Shown here one piece after another: positions 59,701 through 64,000 of a stretch of DNA of 64,000 bases. The DNA is from an uncultured Acidimicrobiia bacterium (GTDB lineage: Bacteria > Actinomycetota > Acidimicrobiia > Spongiisociales > JAOTWH01). The first letter of the stretch is position 1. Every line of letters begins with the position of its first letter. The position numbers and the translations under genes were made by a program. The notes beneath the pieces were generated by a model. That model was given only the letters and a program-made list of their open reading frames with translations. It ran no database searches and had not been told where the DNA came from. The stretch spans positions 11,075 through 75,074 of the forward strand of contig CAYFYE010000002.1 of the NCBI GenBank assembly GCA_964347285.1, in the 5' to 3' direction.

Positions 59701-60260
59701 ACCCGCTCTTCGGGGTCAACGACGTGCTGCAGTCGATGGCCACCACCACAATGGCCGGATTGTGGGAGCTCGAGGACGGCGCCACGGTCAAAGTGGGCGG
59801 CATCGTGGGCCCGATCATGCGCCGCTACACCCGGAACGGCGAACCGATGCTGTTCTTCCAGCTGGAGGATCTGGACGGCTCCGCCGAGGTGGTGTGCTTC
59901 CCAAGGGTGGTGGTCGAGTCCGGACCGCTGATCCGTGAGGACGCCGTGCTGCTGGTGGGCGGTCGCCTGGATCACCGGGGCGATTCGGTCAAGCTGGTTG
60001 CCGACGAGATCCGAGAGCCCGATCTCGGTTCGGAGGCCACGGTGCGGCTCCGCGTCCCGGCGACGAGGCTGTCGCGGGCCATGGTCGATAGCCTCAAGAC
60101 GGCGCTCGCCAACCATCCCGGCCGGGCGGCGGTGATCCTGCACATGACCGGAGAGCAGGGCGAGAAGGTGATCCGCTTGGGCGACGAGTTCCGGGTCGAG
60201 CCCCGCAGTGCCCTCTACGCCGAGCTCCGCGAGTTGCTGGGACCGTCGGCAGTGGTCTGA
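56736..60260 (+). CDS. dnaE: DNA polymerase III alpha subunit
   Basis: N-terminal PHP FAHLHLHTEFSMLDGA, polymerase core, OB-fold; 1174 aa; start TTG 56736 or GTG 56751. Confidence 0.95.
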   Translation: MTVRRTVADTFAHLHLHTEFSMLDGAARVRDVVAAAAADGQPAVAITDHGVLYGAVDFYQAAVAAGVKPIIGIEAYVTPGSRYDRPPRRDDIRYHVTLLAENDAGYRNLIALASRGYLDGFYYKPRIDLELLAEHAEGLIGTSGCLGGPVAQHLAPDASREEGNVGGEPDYRAALEAAATYQDILGKDSFFIEIQDHGLEPQRRIMGDLLSISAEIGAPLLATNDCHYTQADEAEAHDVLLCIQTGTTMDDQDRFRFDAQEFYLKSAAQMRALFPDDQYPGACDNTLLVAERAQVELEFGQILLPHFPVPEGETEASYLRRLVYEGAEARYGDPAPEAVVERIEHELAVIEEMGFPAYFLVVWDLIRYARSRNIRTGPGRGSAPGAIVSYCLGITGLDPLQYGLIFERFLNPGRRQMPDIDMDFDERYRGEMIRYCAERYGTDHVAQIVTFSTIKGRQSVRDAARVLGYPYGLGDRIAKLMPPPILGIEASLTQCLEAPGADAEPAVKDFYSNAAGLRELYATDPDAARVIDTARGLEGLRRQDSIHAAAVVISPKPLIEIVPVQRKGDGGEVVTQYEMHAIEDLGLLKMDFLGLRNLSTIERALELIAANRGQQVDIDAVDLDDEAVYEMLQHGDSMGVFQLEGPAMRSLMRNLRPDRFTDLVALVALYRPGPLGAGMHTEYADRKNGRTEVDYLHPDLEEILADTYGIMVFQEQVMQVAQKMAGFSMAEADDLRKAMGKKIPEVMAAQEDKFVRGCAARGYAEQLGRELFGFIEHFAGYGFNKPHSAAYALVAYQTAWLKAHYPAEYMAALLTAVKRDKDRTALYLNECRTMGVRVLAPDVNRSETDFTADDEAITFGLSAIRNVGEGVVELILQERSKNGPFADFGDFVNRVDVAVLNRRTIESLIKAGAFDGLGHTRRGLTETFEAMLDAVLARRRAEEMGQYSLFGEDEAAVQNGVVEIPEISWDRKIRLGFEKEMLGLYVSDHPLFGVNDVLQSMATTTMAGLWELEDGATVKVGGIVGPIMRRYTRNGEPMLFFQLEDLDGSAEVVCFPRVVVESGPLIREDAVLLVGGRLDHRGDSVKLVADEIREPDLGSEATVRLRVPATRLSRAMVDSLKTALANHPGRAAVILHMTGEQGEKVIRLGDEFRVEPRSALYAELRELLGPSAVV

Positions 60261-60269
60261 GAGGTGGCC

Positions 60270-61277
60270 TCAGCGCTCACGGATGGTGGCACTGATCTCG
60301 AGGACCCGCCGGCCCCGGACGACCTCGAGGGCCAACGTAGCGCCCACATCGGCCCTTTCGATCTCGGCGACCACATCGTCGACATCGCCGACCTCCTTCC
60401 CATCGATGCCCACGATGATGTCGCCGATCCGGAGTCCGGCGTCGGCGGCCGGCGTCCCCCCGAACACTTCGACCACGAGGACCCCCACGTCGACCGGCAG
60501 GCCGAACTGCGCAGCCGTGCCCGGGCTGTTGGGGAACATCTGGATACCCAGATAGGGCTGGCCTTGGCGGGCCACAGCGGCTTCGACGAACGGCATCGCT
60601 TCGTCGATGAGAATGGCGAATCCGATGTTCTCGGCGCCGCCGGCTACTGCGGTGTTGATGCCGATCACCTCCCCGGCAGCGTTCAGGAGGGGGCCGCCGG
60701 AGTTGCCGGGGTTGATGGCCGCATCGGTCTGGAGGAGATTGCGCAGTGGACCGGTATCGGTCGAGACGGCCCTCCCCAGCGCGGAGACGATACCCACCGA
60801 GACCGAGATGCCGAGGCCGAGTGCGTTGCCGATGGCCACCACCGGATCACCGACCCGGAGTTGCGACGAGCTTCCCAGCGGGATCGGTTCGAGCCCTTCG
60901 TTCTGTTCCACCAGGAGGAGCGCCAGATCGTTGTCGGGAAAAGCGGTGCCGACCACGACGCCGTCCCGTTGGCTGCCGTCGGCTCCGATGACGATCACAT
61001 TGCGAGCCCCGGTGATCACATGGTCGTTGGTGAGTACGTGGCCCTGATCGTCGATGACGATGCCGGTGCCGGTTCCGGCCGGCACCTCGGTGGGCTGCAG
61101 CAGAGCGTCGAGCTGGATCTGGGTACTGGTCACGGTCACCACCCCGTTGCCGACCCGCTCGACGAGATCGGACACGTCGGTGAGCACCAGGTCCCCGCCC
61201 GGCCCGGGTGCATCCGTCGTGGTACTGGTCGAGCACGCGACAGCGGCGACACAGAGGACCACGACGGCACGCTTCAC
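60270..61277 (-). CDS. htrA: HtrA/DegP-family (S1C) serine protease with PDZ domain
   Basis: GTG 61277 (aa 50 of ORF); signal peptide VVLCVAAVAC; triad contexts HVLTNDHVI, DLALL, GNSGGPL; C-terminal PDZ. Confidence 0.85.
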   Translation of the reverse strand: MKRAVVVLCVAAVACSTSTTTDAPGPGGDLVLTDVSDLVERVGNGVVTVTSTQIQLDALLQPTEVPAGTGTGIVIDDQGHVLTNDHVITGARNVIVIGADGSQRDGVVVGTAFPDNDLALLLVEQNEGLEPIPLGSSSQLRVGDPVVAIGNALGLGISVSVGIVSALGRAVSTDTGPLRNLLQTDAAINPGNSGGPLLNAAGEVIGINTAVAGGAENIGFAILIDEAMPFVEAAVARQGQPYLGIQMFPNSPGTAAQFGLPVDVGVLVVEVFGGTPAADAGLRIGDIIVGIDGKEVGDVDDVVAEIERADVGATLALEVVRGRRVLEISATIRER

Positions 61278-61287
61278 GATCGGCAGG

Positions 61288-62319
61288 CTAGGGGAGTCCC
61301 AGTCGGTCGATGTCCAAGCCGGCGGCCGCTTCGACGAGCCCGGCCAGATCCTCCAGTCCGGTGGGAGCCTCCGGCAGCCACGGGATGGTGGCCGGGGCCA
61401 CGCCGTAGCGGGCCGCCAGCTCACGGCGGGCGTGCTCTTGACGAAGCGCTTCTGATCCCCACCGGTCCAGATTGGTGCGCAGGGCCTCCGACGAGCTCGT
61501 TGCTTCGCCGGGGTGAGCCCAGGTCACCGGGAGCGTTCTATTGAAGACGACGAGAGCGGGGGGAGCGGCCACCTCCGGCAGCGCCGTGAAGAACCGGACC
61601 GTCTCCGCCAGCGGGGCCGGGTCGGCGGTGGTGATCACGATCGTGGTGGCGCCCCTCAGTCGACGTTCGACGTGACGAGCCCGGCGGGTCACCCCGTCGT
61701 AGGCAGAGCGCAGATCGAGGAGGAATTCGGCCACCTCTTCCAAAAGCCGGCTTCCCAGGACGGCGTCCGCCAGGCGGAGAGCCGGCCCGGCGGTGAGGCG
61801 GTACAGGCGCCGGCGGGCCGGGAGGCGGGCGCCGGTCAGCCAGCGGAGCAGGCGTCCTCCTACGAGCTTGCGGATGCCGGCGGGAGCCTGGAAGAAGTCG
61901 ATGCCTCCTCCGGCCGGGGGGGTGTCCACGACGACCAGGTCCCATCGTCCCTCCTCGAGGTGGGCGGTCATCTGCTCGGCGGCGGCGTAGGCCTGACCGG
62001 CCGGGAAGCGGGCCGCAATCGCCTGGAAGAAAGGGCTGGCCACGATCCGCTCCGCTGCTTCCGGCGGGGCGTTGCGGCGAATGACGTCGTGCCACGACGA
62101 CTCGGCGTCGAGCATGGCCGCCTGCAGCCCCGGCTGCGGAGTGTCGGTCGGGTCGTTGCCGATGTCGGCCAGGCCCATGGCATCCGCCAATCGCCGGGCC
62201 GGGTCCACCGTCAGGACCAGCGTCCGGCTCCCGGTTCGCGAGGCGGCGACGCCCAGAGCGGCGGCCAGGGTCGTTTTGCCGACGCCGCCGGCCCCGGTCA
62301 CGATCACCGCCCGGGTCAT
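61288..62319 (-). CDS. ArsA/GET3-family ATPase (Rv3679-like member of paired ATPases)
   Basis: ATG 62319 (aa 35 of ORF); IVTGAGGVGKTT, DTPPAG. Confidence 0.8.
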   Translation of the reverse strand: MTRAVIVTGAGGVGKTTLAAALGVAASRTGSRTLVLTVDPARRLADAMGLADIGNDPTDTPQPGLQAAMLDAESSWHDVIRRNAPPEAAERIVASPFFQAIAARFPAGQAYAAAEQMTAHLEEGRWDLVVVDTPPAGGGIDFFQAPAGIRKLVGGRLLRWLTGARLPARRRLYRLTAGPALRLADAVLGSRLLEEVAEFLLDLRSAYDGVTRRARHVERRLRGATTIVITTADPAPLAETVRFFTALPEVAAPPALVVFNRTLPVTWAHPGEATSSSEALRTNLDRWGSEALRQEHARRELAARYGVAPATIPWLPEAPTGLEDLAGLVEAAAGLDIDRLGLP

Positions 62320-63221
62320 GCGTCCTCCCACAGCTCGGCGAGGCGGGCGGCCACCTCGCCCGGTGTGAGCAGGCCGAACAGGTGGGGCAGGGCGGGTCCC
62401 GGCGGCAGGCGCTTGCGCCACAGCTCCTGCTCGCGCTGGAGGCCCAGATGGAGCCGGGCGGCGGCTCCGTAGGGATCGTCGCCCAGAGCGGCCTCATCGA
62501 CATCGAGGGGCTCCAGCATTCGATTGACGACCACGGCAGCCACGTCGATGGCCTGCTCGGCGTCAACCTCTTCGAGCGCTTCGAGGGTCTCGGCGACCGG
62601 GAGCTCCTCGGGAGTGGTGGTGATGACCAGACCGGCGGCACTGCGATCTTCGAGCAATGCCCGCATTCGGGCGGCCTGGTCGCGCACCGGTCCGGCCGGG
62701 ACCAGGCCGGCGATCACCGTCGGGGCCCGCAGGTAGGAGGTCACCTGGCCGAGGGGGGGTCCGTCGGCCACCACGAGGTCCCACTGATCCTCCCAGGTCT
62801 CGAAGATCACCTTGCCCACAGTGATGATGTCGCGTATTCCGGGCACGGTGTCGGCGAGAACGTTCAGCGCCCGGCCCAGCGGTCCCAGCGGGGCGAAGCG
62901 AGGGGCGTGCAGCTGGACGTGGAGATACTCGTCGAGGGCGCTGGAACGGTCGATCGCCATGGCCCACAATCCGGGACGGACCTGGGCGGCGTTGTACCGC
63001 AACTCGGGAGCTCCCAGGTGGAGTCCGAGGCCCTCCCGTTCGAGCATGGCCACGGCCAGCACTCGCTTGCCCTCCGCCGCGGCCCTGATGGCCAGGGCTG
63101 CGGTAGCGGCCGACCGGCCGGTTCCGCCCTTTCCGGTGACGATGAGGAGGCGCCGCTCGAGCACGACCCGGAGCGTAGATCGATCGATACTCTGGTGCGG
63201 GCACGGCGAGCCAAGGAGCAA
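62316..63221 (-). CDS. ArsA/GET3-family ATPase (Rv3680-like member of paired ATPases)
   Basis: IVTGKGGTGRS deviant Walker A, ADGPPLG; ATGA overlap with downstream paralog; alternative GTG start 63164. Confidence 0.8.
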   Translation of the reverse strand: MLLGSPCPHQSIDRSTLRVVLERRLLIVTGKGGTGRSAATAALAIRAAAEGKRVLAVAMLEREGLGLHLGAPELRYNAAQVRPGLWAMAIDRSSALDEYLHVQLHAPRFAPLGPLGRALNVLADTVPGIRDIITVGKVIFETWEDQWDLVVADGPPLGQVTSYLRAPTVIAGLVPAGPVRDQAARMRALLEDRSAAGLVITTTPEELPVAETLEALEEVDAEQAIDVAAVVVNRMLEPLDVDEAALGDDPYGAAARLHLGLQREQELWRKRLPPGPALPHLFGLLTPGEVAARLAELWEDA

Positions 63222-63223
63222 GC

Positions 63224-63439
63224 GTGGCGGAGTTCGACGTAGACGCGTTCATCTCCCGATTCCGGAGCCGGGCCGAGGCGGTGCGGGAACGGGGGATCCC
63301 GCCCCTGGAGGGCGAGGCCCGGCGCAAGTTCATCGAGCAGGCCGAGCTGGACCACACCGACTACAGCCTCGTCGGGTCGGCATCGTGGAGCGTCGAGGAG
63401 GGGGACCTGGTGCTGAGGATCACGCTCGGCGGCGAGTAG
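63224..63439 (+). CDS. small hypothetical protein
   Basis: 71 aa; start only 2 nt from divergent ArsA-like start if the latter begins at 63221. Confidence 0.35.
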   Translation: MAEFDVDAFISRFRSRAEAVRERGIPPLEGEARRKFIEQAELDHTDYSLVGSASWSVEEGDLVLRITLGGE

Positions 63440-63507
63440 AAACCGAGCTCCGCCGGGAACTACTCTCCTTCTTCGGTGTCTTACTGACGAAATCGAGAGG
63501 AGGGAAC

Positions 63508-64000
63508 ATGTCCTTTTGGGACCAGCTCCGCGACGGGTTAGAGGAGATCGGCAGCAAGATCGCCGATTTCCTTCCCAAGCTCGTCGCCGCAGTTCTGATC
63601 CTGCTTGTTGGATGGTGGATTGCGCGCTGGATCCGACGTCTGGCGCATCGCCTTCTGGAGAGCTCGCCGGTGAAAGCCGTGCTCGATCGGGCCGGAATAA
63701 CCGGCCTGATGGAGAACGCCGGTTACTCGGCCTCGGCACTGGTGGCGAACATCATCTATTTCGTGGCGTTGCTCATCGTCTTTTTGCTGGCGGCCCAAGC
63801 GCTGGGTGCGGACACACTCACGACCCTGATCCAGGATTTGATCGCGTACCTGCCCCTGGTGATCGCCGGCATACTGATCTTGGTGCTGGCCGGCTGGGTG
63901 GGAGCCTTCCTGGCCGACCTGGTCAGGCCGTGGGCCCAGCAGCGTCAGATGGGGTGGATCGCCGAGGCCGCCAAGTACGCAGTGCTGGTGTTCGGCGTTC
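63508..64000 (+). CDS. mechanosensitive-channel-like membrane protein (conserved TM-helix repeats), 3'-truncated by window end
   Basis: Strong SD GAGAGGAGGG before ATG 63508; open to end of window; repeated hydrophobic helices with AxxLxxAAxxLI pattern; not in ORF track because no stop. Confidence 0.45.
   Translation, partial: MSFWDQLRDGLEEIGSKIADFLPKLVAAVLILLVGWWIARWIRRLAHRLLESSPVKAVLDRAGITGLMENAGYSASALVANIIYFVALLIVFLLAAQALGADTLTTLIQDLIAYLPLVIAGILILVLAGWVGAFLADLVRPWAQQRQMGWIAEAAKYAVLVFGV

Noticed and set aside
1-64000. CRISPR arrays, tRNA, rRNA, RNase P or tmRNA genes
   Set aside because: No spaced direct-repeat arrays and no tRNA-like GGTTCGAATCC/T-loop signatures or RNase P P4 motifs seen on visual scan; intergenic space is very limited

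Overview
This is a high-GC (~68-70%) Actinomycetota-type chromosomal window made almost entirely of core and housekeeping genes; it is not an obviously mobile or accessory island. About 68 protein-coding genes are called, and no rRNA, tRNA or CRISPR array was recognised. Main blocks, in order: (1) an ArsA-like ATPase with an HSP20-like C-terminal domain followed by DUF1232 and LiaF-like membrane proteins. (2) A class I aminotransferase convergent with alpha-glucan phosphorylase (GlgP), then threonine aldolase coupled to an O-methyltransferase. (3) A type II fatty-acid synthase cluster fabD-fabH-fabG-acpP-fabF. (4) The Y-family polymerase gene dinB, a DUF3040 protein and a MerR regulator. (5) A MoxR ATPase / DUF58 / transglutaminase (TgpA) triad. 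(6) A small cluster comprising a hypothetical protein, a serine-recombinase catalytic domain lacking a DNA-binding domain, an HNH endonuclease, and a secreted protein with an acidic repeat tail. (7) A complete division and cell-wall (dcw) cluster: mraZ-rsmH-ftsL-ftsI-murE-murF-mraY-murD-ftsW-murG-murC-murB-ftsQ-ftsZ-pgeF-yggS-sepF-yggT. It is preceded by a phased array of (A/G)TGG repeats that fits an MraZ operator. It ends directly against a convergent ileS, so no divIVA gene lies at the position usual for this phylum. (8) ileS is preceded by a T-box leader with an AUC (Ile) specifier. (9) dksA-like, lspA and rluD. (10) Two tandem phosphofructokinase paralogs, one with the PPi-type residues and one with the actinobacterial ATP-type residues, plus a LacD/DUF2090-like class I aldolase-fold gene. 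(11) A ba3-type (B-family) heme-copper oxidase operon, which includes a roughly 45-codon subunit IIa ORF missing from the ORF track (most likely because it falls below the track's ORF-length cut-off), a diheme cytochrome c and a membrane protein. (12) dnaE, an HtrA-like protease, and an overlapping pair of ArsA-like ATPases resembling the mycobacterial Rv3680/Rv3679 pair. Many R/P/G-rich ORFs in the track are high-GC alternate-frame artefacts and were rejected. All assignments rest on motif-level reading of the translations and on gene order; no database search was possible.
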